This document shows, piece by piece, positions 31,601 through 40,996 of a stretch of DNA of 52,819 bases (position 1 is its first letter; each line of letters begins with the position of its first letter). The notes below the pieces were generated by a model, which saw only the letters and a program-made list of their open reading frames with translations, was not told the origin of the DNA and made no database searches. The translations under genes were made by a program, and so were the position numbers. The DNA comes from Promethearchaeota archaeon (GTDB lineage: Archaea > Asgardarchaeota > Lokiarchaeia > Sigyniarchaeales > SOKP01). The stretch covers positions 1-52,819 of the forward strand of contig JBHLPW010000037.1 of the NCBI GenBank assembly GCA_048939015.1. Reading direction: 5' to 3'.

Positions 31601-32710
31601 CACAATGAAATATCTGGGATAGTATTAATTGATAGTACTAATATCCATATCATTTTTAATACAGAAACAATAAATTCTAATGAGCTTTATGGTATTCATC
31701 TATTTAATAGTCATTATAATAATATTACAGGTAATACGATAAACTATAATGAAATAGGAATATTCCTTGAATCATCTAACTACAATTTAGTTGACTTGAA
31801 TAATTTATTATATAATGGTCAATCACATTTAGATAATGGTATTGGAAACGATATTACACTTAATAATATTTTTCCAGAGATCTCTGGGAGATTTCCTTTT
31901 GATCTTTTAATTATTATTCTAATAATCTGTTTAGTAGTTGCGGGAGTAGTAGGTGCAGTTATAATAGTCAAGAAGAGAACATCTACATCTGGAATGAAGA
32001 AAAAGGAAATAAGTGATAAGAAAAGGCAAAAAGTAAGAAGAAAACTCGAAGCTAAATTAATTTTTGTTGATGAACTTATAGAAGAAAGAAATATCAAATC
32101 AGCTTATAAATATTTAGGTAAAATACAAGATACTGCAGATATGCATGACTTTTTTGATATCTTTAATTCTGCAACAAAAAAAATTGAAGATTGTAAGAAT
32201 ATTCAACAAGGAATTTATGAAGAAGTTAAAAGAGCATCAATAATTACTCCCGTAGTACCAAAAACCTTAGAAGAAGAACAGATTACCGCTATATCTGAAA
32301 CAGCAGAAACACCAAAACACAATATATTTATCAGTTATTCTACTATAGATTCAGAACATTTTCAAATAAATAAAATTGTAAAAAAACTTAAAAAATACTC
32401 TGATATTGATAAAGTCCTATATTGGGAAAAAGACAGTAAAGAAAATATCGTTGAATTTATGGATAGAACTCTGCAAGAAAGTGATGTTTTTATTTTATTT
32501 TGCAGTGAAAGATCAATTCAATCTGCAGCTGTAAGTGATGAATGGCAGGCAGCATTTCAACGTAGAAAAAAAGGGTTAATTAAAATGATTCCAGTTTATG
32601 AAGATGAAAAACATATTCCTCCCATTCTTGGGCATTTATTAAATGTAAAATACACAAAATTCGATTTCGATACCTTTATTGAAAAACTTCATAGAGAAAT
32701 TTTAAGGTGA
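28619..32710 (+). CDS. Predicted membrane receptor: signal/TM - type I PBP (Venus flytrap) - 4 FN3-like repeats - beta-helix - TM - helical - TIR
   Basis: IRIGLL..GAFLAAKEINEAGGI..YFFRVMP..AYEAVYML (LIV-BP family). Four F-x-L-x-W..ADxYSxY..G-x-YYF-x-V-x-A-x-N repeats. TM LLIIILIICLVVAGVVGAVIIV-KKR. TIR HNIFISYS..AVSDEW. Alternative start ATG 28649. Confidence 0.85.
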   Translation: MFITLLDGEKMKSKKLTFIILLILILFQSIIGLINFNLNSGQKSEVEKVVPEISDIIVGNYTFPGYSGSVDLNNSIRIGLLHDKNNVLGDHNWKGAFLAAKEINEAGGIIINSTAFKVGLVAEDTNENNETLDVSKGLDAANRVISYDPHCIIGGYRNESLSAYLELIMNAKIPFLSTGVAQDEFCQNVLNNYAKYKYFFRVMPYNSTNIGIETINHYLWQIFVLNNSYSGWLKNVTILRENLTWSVGLSNALQQILPIYANFLNPITEINISTSITYSEMEDIWEQINASKAQLVIPIFSSNASINVSKAYAAVQPKCLMMGIDIKSQINDFWDNTEGTCQYEAVFQAVYNISKTSKTMPFWNNFVNEYNIEPYYTGIGAYEAVYMLANVSKTSQSLKPNDIISGLEGFDKDNPFIGPSNRKAFWGSHDLVYGYPYAYGLWCQWQLDGKKVVIHSDNNYPGSIPTGSLSLPYWGIHDLTVAQDIPEPFTLSSNAGKPDSDGSFDLTWTNSNGADSYSVYMYNKNISYVSKRFALKSYKDVSSPFPISGLRTGDYYFIVAAYNGTGERLSNNIYAEVDNRPGIFTLSKDADFPVDTNGSFNLTWSDSDGADNYSIYRYNRSITEINESLTIEADQTATSPFPITGLLDGKYYFVAVAYNGTGERLSNIVNVTVDRPGPGSFTLDTDADAPDKDGTFNLNWTASKNADNYSIYRYNRFITEINGSLTIEANQTATSPFPITGLSTGNYYFVVVAYNETGETLSNNVNVTVGIPPGQFTLSSDAVTPFDIDGIFNLNWTESAGADNYSIYQFSSYITHINDSLIPLMIATTNKSFQITDLPTGFYYFIVVANNSFGYRLSNCINVSVQIYNNLTGYWIINPLLIDNTGTGDYTWQEVVIFPWCSGSGTLVDPYVVAFININGLNLNNCLTIRNSNVYFRVINCIFYNSSDNVNDGGIKLISTSNGDLIQNNCSFNNANGIVVDSCNNILIRDSSINHNEISGIVLIDSTNIHIIFNTETINSNELYGIHLFNSHYNNITGNTINYNEIGIFLESSNYNLVDLNNLLYNGQSHLDNGIGNDITLNNIFPEISGRFPFDLLIIILIICLVVAGVVGAVIIVKKRTSTSGMKKKEISDKKRQKVRRKLEAKLIFVDELIEERNIKSAYKYLGKIQDTADMHDFFDIFNSATKKIEDCKNIQQGIYEEVKRASIITPVVPKTLEEEQITAISETAETPKHNIFISYSTIDSEHFQINKIVKKLKKYSDIDKVLYWEKDSKENIVEFMDRTLQESDVFILFCSERSIQSAAVSDEWQAAFQRRKKGLIKMIPVYEDEKHIPPILGHLLNVKYTKFDFDTFIEKLHREILR
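30070..31220 (+). repeat. Four tandem FN3-like coding repeats of about 290 bp
   Basis: Near-identical DNA at 30452 and 30740 (period 288 nt). Confidence 0.8.
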
Positions 32711-32786
32711 TTTTTATTTTTTTTTTTTTTGTTAAAAGAAGATTTCTTTAAAATATATAGTTTAATCTAATTATGAAAAAGATATT

Positions 32787-33773
32787 TTAAAAAGCAGCAC
32801 TAACTGGAAAATATAGAATAATTGCAAAGATGGCAGATATTGGGAATGTTAATAGCCAAATTGCCACTATTTTCCATAATCCTTTTTCCATTGGAGTATT
32901 ACTAGCTTTTGACAATCCTACTAATGATGCTACTAGCAAATGAGAACCAGAAAGAGGAATTTTTTGAATAGTTCCAAGTAGCATAACCGTAGCAGTTGGT
33001 ACTTGCACTGCAAAAGCAGTACTTGGACGTAATTCAGTCATTTTCCCTAAATTTTTAATAACTATTCTCCCTAAAACCACAATTCCCGCAGCTAGACTAA
33101 AGCCCGTCATGACGAGTAATGCAGTTATATTAATTTCATCTCCGACTCCAACAACTATTCCTACTGCATTAGAACAATCATTTCCTGATCTAGAAAAGGC
33201 AGTAACACATATTACAATTAAAATAATATATGTGTAAATATTCTCCGTTCTTTCGTAATCCTGAAACCCATTTAAACGCCTAAATTTGTATTTATAGAGC
33301 ATTTTTGCAACGAAATAAGTTCCAAAAAAACCTACTACAGGAGACATCAACCACCAAATACTCATTCCTAATATTGTATTCCAATTTACACCCCCTATAT
33401 TACCTAACATCATGCCCAAGCCCATTATACCACCTATTGTGGAATGAGTTGAAGAAATTGGAAGTCCTAAAGCACTGGATAATATTAACCAAATAGCCGT
33501 CGATATCAGAATTGTCATAACGACAGCATTCTGGCTAATACCTGTAGTTTCATAATCAATTAATAATATTTTGTCGCCTACTGATTTTGCAACACCTTCT
33601 CCTAAAAAGATAGCACCTGTAATGGCAAATATTGTTGCTAAAACTAGAATTTGTTTCATATTAAGAATTCTAGAACCGTATAAAGGGGCCATAGTCTCGT
33701 CATTAGCTCCAATGCCAATTGCGATGATGATAGCCACTATTAGAAATAAAGTTATTATAATAGAAGGGTCCAT
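32787..33773 (-). CDS. pit: PiT family inorganic phosphate transporter
   Basis: GANDE signature, PISSTH, SGNDCSNA, PLSGSH. Confidence 0.9.
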   Translation of the reverse strand: MDPSIIITLFLIVAIIIAIGIGANDETMAPLYGSRILNMKQILVLATIFAITGAIFLGEGVAKSVGDKILLIDYETTGISQNAVVMTILISTAIWLILSSALGLPISSTHSTIGGIMGLGMMLGNIGGVNWNTILGMSIWWLMSPVVGFFGTYFVAKMLYKYKFRRLNGFQDYERTENIYTYIILIVICVTAFSRSGNDCSNAVGIVVGVGDEINITALLVMTGFSLAAGIVVLGRIVIKNLGKMTELRPSTAFAVQVPTATVMLLGTIQKIPLSGSHLLVASLVGLSKASNTPMEKGLWKIVAIWLLTFPISAIFAIILYFPVSAAF

Positions 33774-33791
33774 TGTTATTCTTCTCTTTTT

Positions 33792-34448
33792 TTATTTGCT
33801 TGGATATTTAACAATCAGACTTCTTAAGAAATCACTAATTTCTTCAGCTCTTTTTATCATATCAAAAATTTTAATACAAATTTTTGAAGTTAAGTAAACT
33901 TGAAGCGATTTTGATTCAGATTTCTGATATACAACGCCAAGCATTTTATATTTGGCTTCACGAGCACTTCTTTTAAGTTTTTCAATTTCAAAGGATTTTT
34001 TGTATGCAGTTTGAAAGTCAGTCTCCATCAAGGTTATCATCTCGATTAATATTTCTATAGTTTGTTCGTATGTATCATTTATAGATTGCATTTCATTTTT
34101 AATATCATCATATAATTCAAAAGGAAATACCTTCAAGCCACGAGCTAATTCTTCTGAATCATCTGAAACAACATCTAAATATTTAATTAACCTGTAGCGA
34201 TCCTCGACTAAGAAAGGAAGTGCTCTCTTGTCGTGGTATAGAACATTAATATATTCCTCCTTTGCAATGTCAGCATTATGCTCGCATTCTACAACCTTAT
34301 CTAATTTTGAACTATCTAATTTTCCCTTGATAAGATCATTAATACATTCATGAAGTAAATCCGCTCCTTTTAAAACTTCAGAATGGAATTTTTCTGCCGC
34401 TTCAAGCAATTTCTTTTTTTTATCTTGTATTAATTTCATTAAATTCAC
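33792..34448 (-). CDS. DUF47 (PhoU-like) phosphate transport regulator
   Basis: EHNAD..PFLVEDR..LDVVSD motif; canonical position upstream of pit. Confidence 0.85.
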   Translation of the reverse strand: MNLMKLIQDKKKKLLEAAEKFHSEVLKGADLLHECINDLIKGKLDSSKLDKVVECEHNADIAKEEYINVLYHDKRALPFLVEDRYRLIKYLDVVSDDSEELARGLKVFPFELYDDIKNEMQSINDTYEQTIEILIEMITLMETDFQTAYKKSFEIEKLKRSAREAKYKMLGVVYQKSESKSLQVYLTSKICIKIFDMIKRAEEISDFLRSLIVKYPSK

Positions 34449-34623
34449 ATCAAGATTTAATTCTCAATTGATTATTTCTGATGATCAATTGTATTATTTG
34501 TTTATTAAAAAAAATTCCCTTTTTTCTATACCTATTAAATGGATGAGGAATTAAATTAAAATGGAAGGCAGATTTTTAATAATTAGAATTTTTACATCAT
34601 AGAATAAATAATTAGTATATCTT

Positions 34624-35184
34624 TTGCCTTTTCTAGAAATAAAATCAGTAGATATAATTTTTGATCCAAAAGTACAAACTTATTGTATAAATCCTAATTT
34701 TAGATGTCCTAGCTATGGGCATTCATGGGCATGCCCACCTGAAGCGCCCTATTTAGAAAAGGAGGTATCATCATATAATAAATTTTTCCTTATATATGTT
34801 AAATATGATTTGAGTAGATATATTAATGAAGAGAAAACAAAAAATCCTAAAAGAAGTGTAAACAAGATACGTAATACTTTTTTCATGAAAAATATTTTAC
34901 GAGACAATTTAGAACAAGAAATTTTAAATTTTTTTAAAGAATCTCAATTCATATATGAAGAAAAACTAATTTTATGGGATGGATTTTGCAGATTATGCTC
35001 TAATGAAGTAGATAATGGTTGTACTTATGATGCAGGTAGTCCTTGTCGATATCCAGATAAAAAAAGGTATTCTATGGAAGCTGTTGGAATTAATGTAACC
35101 CAAACTGTAAAAAATTTAGGTTTCAATATCGAATGGCCTCCTAATGAATTTGTCTATCGTTTTGGTTTAATATGTTTAAAATGA
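34624..35184 (+). CDS. DUF2284 family metal-binding protein
   Basis: CPSYGHSWACPP, GFCRLC..PCRYP..YSMEAVGINV. Confidence 0.85.
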   Translation: MPFLEIKSVDIIFDPKVQTYCINPNFRCPSYGHSWACPPEAPYLEKEVSSYNKFFLIYVKYDLSRYINEEKTKNPKRSVNKIRNTFFMKNILRDNLEQEILNFFKESQFIYEEKLILWDGFCRLCSNEVDNGCTYDAGSPCRYPDKKRYSMEAVGINVTQTVKNLGFNIEWPPNEFVYRFGLICLK

Positions 35185-35207
35185 TTAAAATATACAATCA
35201 GAAAATC

Positions 35208-36515
35208 TTAAAAATCTATTTCTTCTATTACTATAGTTTCTCTTCTATCTGGTCCAATGGAAACCATAGCGATATCAATTTCAAGAATTTCTTTAATAGA
35301 CTGAATATATCTTTTCATAGATTCTGGTAGGGCTTCAAATCCTTTTCTAGCAAGATTCAACCAATCTTCTCTAGATCTTTCTTCCCATCCTTCAAAATTT
35401 TTATAAATTGGTTTACAATTTTCAATTATTTCTGATTGGATCGGCCAACTCTCAAGAACTTCACCATTCAATTCATAACTATAACAAATTTTAATTGGGT
35501 TTATTCCTTGAAGAGCATCTAGAAGTGTAAGTACAATTTTATCAACACCATTAATCATTATTCCATATCTAATATTAAAAAGGTCTAACCATCCAACTCT
35601 ACGGGGTCTTCCAGTTACTGTACCATATTCTTGACCTTGTTCTCTTATTTTATCAGCGGTTTCATTAAATAATTCTGTTGGAAATTTACCCTCACCAACA
35701 CGAGAAGTATACGCTTTTACTATACCAATTATTTTATCAATTTTTTTTGGTGGAATTCCAGTTCCTGTCGAAATACCTAAAGCATTTGCATTTGATGATG
35801 TCCCATAAGGATAATAACCATGATCTAACCCAAGTAAACTTCCTTGTGCTGCTTCAAGAAGAATGTTTTTTCCCGCATCAACAGCTTTATTCAAATAATA
35901 TGCCGTATCAATGACATAAGGTTTTAATTGTTCACCATACTTTTTGTATTCTTCATAGATGGTCTCTAAATTTATATCCCAGCTTGGATCGTAAATATTT
36001 ATGAGTTCTTTTTTAATTTTAAACAGTTTTTCCAATTTAGGTTTTAAAATCTCTGGATTTATTAAATCATAGATTCTTAAACCCCATCGAGCTGCTTTAT
36101 CAGAATATGTCGGACCAATTCCTCTTTTAGTGGTTCCTGCAGCATAATTCCCCTTTGTTTTTTCTTCTAGTCCATCCAAAATACGATGAAAAGGAAAAAT
36201 TACATGTGCAGTCGAACTCAATTTTAGGTTAATTGGTTTATTTAGATTCTTTAGATTTTCAATTTCTTCGAGTAGTACCTTTGGATCGACAACGCAACCG
36301 TTAGCTATTACGCATTCCTTTTCTAAAGGGGCACCAGAGGGCATCAACTTGAATTTATACTTAATTCCATCAGCAACTATTGTATGTCCTGCGTTATTTC
36401 CTCCATTATATCTCACAACAATATCTGCTTTTTGGGCAATGTAATCAACAAATTTGCCCTTTCCCTCGTCACCCCACGATAAACCTATAACAGCAATTGT
36501 ATTATTCATAACCAA
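35208..36515 (-). CDS. purA: Adenylosuccinate synthetase
   Basis: WGDEGKGK, GGNNAGHT, GTTKRGIGP, EYGTVTGRPRRVGW. Confidence 0.97.
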   Translation of the reverse strand: MVMNNTIAVIGLSWGDEGKGKFVDYIAQKADIVVRYNGGNNAGHTIVADGIKYKFKLMPSGAPLEKECVIANGCVVDPKVLLEEIENLKNLNKPINLKLSSTAHVIFPFHRILDGLEEKTKGNYAAGTTKRGIGPTYSDKAARWGLRIYDLINPEILKPKLEKLFKIKKELINIYDPSWDINLETIYEEYKKYGEQLKPYVIDTAYYLNKAVDAGKNILLEAAQGSLLGLDHGYYPYGTSSNANALGISTGTGIPPKKIDKIIGIVKAYTSRVGEGKFPTELFNETADKIREQGQEYGTVTGRPRRVGWLDLFNIRYGIMINGVDKIVLTLLDALQGINPIKICYSYELNGEVLESWPIQSEIIENCKPIYKNFEGWEERSREDWLNLARKGFEALPESMKRYIQSIKEILEIDIAMVSIGPDRRETIVIEEIDF

Positions 36516-36563
36516 TTTCCATTTGACATTTTTTTACATTTACTTCACGAAAAAATATTCCAA

Positions 36564-36586
36564 TAAACTGTATTATATACAGTTTA
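36564..36586. promoter_or_regulatory. Inverted repeat TAAACTGTAT-N3-ATACAGTTTA, candidate operator
   Basis: Perfect 10-bp arms in the divergent region upstream of purA. Confidence 0.45.
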
Positions 36587-36738
36587 AAAAATTTTTGGTA
36601 GGCGAGAACGTAATTAAAAACGATAAGGAATGATTTTTATATGCGAATTTTCTTGTAAGTCATAAACCTAATTTATTGAATATTTAAAAAATAATAATCC
36701 CCCTTTTAAAACCAGTTATTATCTCTTTCACTTGAGAT

Positions 36739-37656
36739 TTGAGAACAATGCTTAAAAAAACTATCCTTTTTGATCTTACTCATAATGAAATGTTAAACGT
36801 TGACGAGGAAGAATTTAAAGATTTCATTAATCTTTTAAAGCAACTAGATTTAAAGATTAAAAAGAATGAGAATGGAGATTTAACAAAACAAACATTAGAA
36901 GATATTGATCTAGTGGTTATTGGTAATCCAATTGATGATTTCTTTTCTAGTTTAGAAATAAAGCAAATTGTTGACCATGTAAGAAGTGGAGGAGGACTCA
37001 TAATTTTAAGTGAATATGGGGCAGATTTTCTCCAAAAAACTAATTTAAATGATCTAACTGGAAAATTTGGTATTTTTTTTGATAAAAATTTAATTAAAGA
37101 AAAAAATAAATCAAACCAAAATTGCACAAGCATTCTGCATATTCAAGACTTTTCAAAACATCAAATGACAAAGAATCTAAGAGAAATGAAAATTGGTGGG
37201 GCATGTTCTTTAAACCTGAGTAAAGACGCAAAAATCTTACTACATTCAAATGAGCATTCAGTTTGGTCTGAAGTTTATAATAACACTACTGAAGAATGGA
37301 TGAAACAAGAGGAGAAAGAACATATTATCGCAGCGTACACAGAATTTGGGCAAGGAAAAGTCGTAGCAATGGGTGATATTGATATTTTTACTTCAAATTC
37401 TAAATTTGGGATCAATGCTCTAGATAATAGAAAATTTATTCAAAATCTGATTAATTGGGTAATAAATCCTGTTAAAGAATCTAAGGTAATTTCATTTTTA
37501 CTTAATCAAATTGGTGATCTTCATTATGAAATTAGAGAAACCAACAAGGTGTTGAACAATATTATAGAAACTTTAACAATTTTAGAAAAAAGGATTACAT
37601 ACTTAGAAAAAGACTCAAAATTATATTTAGAAGCATTAGATCAAGAAGAACATTAA
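36739..37656 (+). CDS. GIFT (GldG/IFT52-like, DUF4350) domain + C-terminal coiled coil
   Basis: ILFDLTHNE, DLVVIGNP..FSSLEIKQI..GGGLIIL, GQGKVVAMGDIDIF..DNRKFIQNLINW; heptad C-terminus. Confidence 0.7.
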   Translation: MRTMLKKTILFDLTHNEMLNVDEEEFKDFINLLKQLDLKIKKNENGDLTKQTLEDIDLVVIGNPIDDFFSSLEIKQIVDHVRSGGGLIILSEYGADFLQKTNLNDLTGKFGIFFDKNLIKEKNKSNQNCTSILHIQDFSKHQMTKNLREMKIGGACSLNLSKDAKILLHSNEHSVWSEVYNNTTEEWMKQEEKEHIIAAYTEFGQGKVVAMGDIDIFTSNSKFGINALDNRKFIQNLINWVINPVKESKVISFLLNQIGDLHYEIRETNKVLNNIIETLTILEKRITYLEKDSKLYLEALDQEEH

Positions 37657-37702
37657 GAAAATATAATTTAATATCTTTTTATTTTTAGAACTTAGCAAAA
37701 AG

Positions 37703-38923
37703 TTATTTCGAATCAATTTCAACTTCAATTAAATTATAGTCTCTTATTCCTAAACCAATTTCTTCAGCCAATATTAATTGTTGTTCCCAATGTTTCGATT
37801 CTTTCCCACTAAAGTCCATTTCTCCATTGTCAGGATTAAAGCGAGGTATGTGCGAAAACCACTCATGGGGTCCTTGGGTTGGAATACCTTCCACATCAGA
37901 AAGAACGGAATGAGGACTAATTGATGATTTATGGATAAGGTCTATTGTAGCTTGGTCTAAAGCAACAGGATCAGATGAAGCTAAAACCCCAATGTCAGGA
38001 ACAAATGGTATATCTGATCCACCAGTACAGTCACACTGATAGGTGATATCTATCGCATAATTAATATAAAAGATTTTATCTTTTCCAAAAAAATCTACCA
38101 CTCCCTTGGCATTATCAACCATCTGGGTTACAAAATCCTCACGAGCAACATTCCCTAGATTAATTATTTTGTCTTTACAAACCGAAGCACACATATAACA
38201 AAATTTACATTGATCTTCATTAAATTTCAACTTTTTTTTATCATCTTTAGATAAAGCATTTGTGGGGCAAATATTAATACAATTCATGCAATTAGGATCA
38301 CAGTTATCAAAATCAAATTCAAAAGTTATTCCAGTGTGTGCTTCAACCTTTCCTCCTTTACTCACGCATCCAATTCCAAGATTCTTTATAGCTCCTCCAA
38401 AACCGGTTGATGCATGGCCTTTAAAATGAGACGCTATGACCATATAGTCAAATTCTCTTAAACGTCCTGCTACTAAAACTTCATTGAATATCTTTCCATT
38501 GATTTTTTGAATTTCAATATCTGTTCCAACTTTTCCATCCAACATTAATATTGGTGTGCCCATAGTCTTTTCTGTAAATCCATGTTGTAGAGCAGTTTCT
38601 AAATATTCTTCTTCAGTTGCTCTACCAGAATATTCTGTATGAGTCCCTGAAACACTTTCAGGAATACCCCATCCACAGGATTCTGCTACTGAAGGAATCC
38701 CGCCTAATTCTTTAATATAGTCACATAAAAATCGTATGTAGCTTGGACGTAAATATCTTGTATTCTCTAATGCACCAAAATGTGTTTTAATTACTATTTT
38801 ATCACCTTTTTTAACTTTTTGTTCAATCCCTATTTTCTCCAAGGCTAAAGCTCCTTTATATTTACTCATACTTTGCTTATGAACATGTGTTCGAGCCGTA
38901 AAATAAAATACGTCTGATTTCAT
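37703..38923 (-). CDS. DUF362 family 4Fe-4S protein
   Basis: IKTHFG, SHFKGH..FGGAIKNLGIGC, two ferredoxin motifs, CDC, ASSDPVALD. Confidence 0.88.
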   Translation of the reverse strand: MKSDVFYFTARTHVHKQSMSKYKGALALEKIGIEQKVKKGDKIVIKTHFGALENTRYLRPSYIRFLCDYIKELGGIPSVAESCGWGIPESVSGTHTEYSGRATEEEYLETALQHGFTEKTMGTPILMLDGKVGTDIEIQKINGKIFNEVLVAGRLREFDYMVIASHFKGHASTGFGGAIKNLGIGCVSKGGKVEAHTGITFEFDFDNCDPNCMNCINICPTNALSKDDKKKLKFNEDQCKFCYMCASVCKDKIINLGNVAREDFVTQMVDNAKGVVDFFGKDKIFYINYAIDITYQCDCTGGSDIPFVPDIGVLASSDPVALDQATIDLIHKSSISPHSVLSDVEGIPTQGPHEWFSHIPRFNPDNGEMDFSGKESKHWEQQLILAEEIGLGIRDYNLIEVEIDSK

Positions 38924-39074
38924 TGCTAATTACCTATAAAAAGTTCCATTTAATTCATAATAATAATCAGAATTTATAAGATGAGTCAAAAAATATTTTA
39001 ACACTAATTAATTCTATTAATATAATATATAAGTAAAATAATAGCTCAAAGAAGCAAAGAAAAAAGAATAATAA

Positions 39075-39347
39075 ATGGTATTGTCATGGCTCGCTGCCCA
39101 GAAAGTATGCGGCTATTGCCTAAACCTGAAATGCGGAGGCTTTATGAAATACCATTCTGCCATAAAACAAGTTGTGTGTCAATCATGTGGACTTTCGCTG
39201 ACTAGACATGAGTTAGATAGATATTGGCAAAAAGTAAGAAGTGAAAACATAACAGAGGATGATGATATGCAACAAAAAAAGAATAAACGAAAAGAATGGC
39301 TAGATTGGTATTCATCAAGTAAAGAATCCAAAGAAAAAGACTATTAG
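39075..39347 (+). CDS. Small zinc-ribbon protein
   Basis: YC-x4-CGG..CQSCG followed by a charged helix with EWLDWY. Confidence 0.65.
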   Translation: MVLSWLAAQKVCGYCLNLKCGGFMKYHSAIKQVVCQSCGLSLTRHELDRYWQKVRSENITEDDDMQQKKNKRKEWLDWYSSSKESKEKDY

Positions 39348-39436
39348 AATTAATATTTAAGAAATTCTAAAAGATAAGAGAATTTTATATAGAATAAAAT
39401 TAAGAAAGAGTTATATTATTAAAAAAAGGCGAGCTT

Positions 39437-40630
39437 TTAATTACCAAACTTTCTTTCTAAAATATCTTCCAATAATTCAACTAGTTTGATTGAAGGAATA
39501 TCCAATAGTGTTATTTCTAAATGTCTTCCTCGAGTAGCTTCTTCAATACGTACAGTCTTGGAAGCTATAATCTTTAAAGTAGTAAGTTGGCGAACATATT
39601 TCCTAAAACTCATCTTAACATGAGGTTCAATAGAATAATTCTCACAAATTGCATTATATTCTTCAAATGCATCATCTACTAAAGTAAAAGGTTCTTCAGT
39701 ATTAATTAAGGATCGAGTTATCCCGTATAACGCTAAAAGCTCTTGATCTTTTAATTGATCAACAATATCATTTCTGAAAGTAGGATACACGTCATTTGAT
39801 GCTTCTCTAATAATATCTGCTGTAATTCGATCGAGACCTTCTTTATCGCAGAATGAGCCACTTTTTCTTAAGATTTCAATACCATGTCTCATGTTTTTAT
39901 GCTCAGTTACGATTTGCGATACCATTGTTAGAAGTTCTTCATTTACAACGTTTTCTTTAAATGCCAAATCACTTCTATATTCTAAGATTTTCATCGATTC
40001 ATCAAAATCATAAGGTTTAAGTTTAATTTTTTCATTTATTCTGCTTAATATTCTTTCATTTTCAATTTTCATCCAATCTTTACTTCTAGAAATTAACAGT
40101 AAGGATAATTTTGCATTTTGATGCCCAAATGTTTCAGCAATGTCTAAAAACGCAAGTACATCATCTTGTTTTAAAAGATGAATTTCATCAATAATTAAAA
40201 GCATGTAACCTTTTTCCCGAATTAATTGTGAAAGAATTAACTTTAAAGCTTCATCATCTGAGAAACCACGACCGCTACCATGTTGGTATTTAGCCAATAA
40301 CTCTCTAATAATCTTGCTTTTGGATCGGAAATTAATACAATTAAAATACTCTAAAAATAATTTGATATCTTTTTCAATCGCTATAGTTCTAAAATTTTTC
40401 CCAAAATACCGTGCTGTACATGTTTTTCCAACACCTCCTTTCCCTAGGACTAAACAATTAACAGACGGTTGTTCTTTTTCATCAACAATTCTTCTAAAAT
40501 TAAAAATTAACGTTTTTAAAGCATCATCACGGCAATATAACTTTTCAGGTACGTAACTTAAATCTAGAGAACTCGCTTGTCTAAAAACTGATTTTTTCAT
40601 GAATTGTTTTCTGAATTCATCTTCGTCCAT
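39437..40630 (-). CDS. cdc6: Orc1/Cdc6 replication initiator
   Basis: LSYVPEKL..R, Walker A GKGGVGKT, YFNC, Walker B IIDEIH, PY..IL..R, C-terminal winged helix. Confidence 0.92.
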   Translation of the reverse strand: MDEDEFRKQFMKKSVFRQASSLDLSYVPEKLYCRDDALKTLIFNFRRIVDEKEQPSVNCLVLGKGGVGKTCTARYFGKNFRTIAIEKDIKLFLEYFNCINFRSKSKIIRELLAKYQHGSGRGFSDDEALKLILSQLIREKGYMLLIIDEIHLLKQDDVLAFLDIAETFGHQNAKLSLLLISRSKDWMKIENERILSRINEKIKLKPYDFDESMKILEYRSDLAFKENVVNEELLTMVSQIVTEHKNMRHGIEILRKSGSFCDKEGLDRITADIIREASNDVYPTFRNDIVDQLKDQELLALYGITRSLINTEEPFTLVDDAFEEYNAICENYSIEPHVKMSFRKYVRQLTTLKIIASKTVRIEEATRGRHLEITLLDIPSIKLVELLEDILERKFGN

Positions 40631-40996
40631 GGCAAATCGATAAATTCTGATTTAAAATTTTGAATAATATGTATTAAAAGATCAATCTAAGTATAAATTT
40701 TCTTATACTACCTAAATCATATTTCTTCTATAAAAAATTTTTTAGTCAAAAAATTAATTTACGACAAAAATTTGTTCAGATTATTGAGACGTTGCATCAT
40801 TAAACAAAAAAGCTTTAACATAAATACACAATGTTTTATAAGAAATTATCAAATTAAGGATTTATACAAAAGAAAACAAGATTTATCTTTGTTTATAATT
40901 AATCGTGATATTTATACAAATATTAATCTTCTTAACAGATTTTTATATAATTTGAATACTATCTTATTCTGAAATACTAAATAGGAAATTCTAATT

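Noticed and set aside
36568-36582. LexA SOS box
   Set aside because: Spacing is CTGT-N7-ACAG rather than N8, and the context is archaeal.
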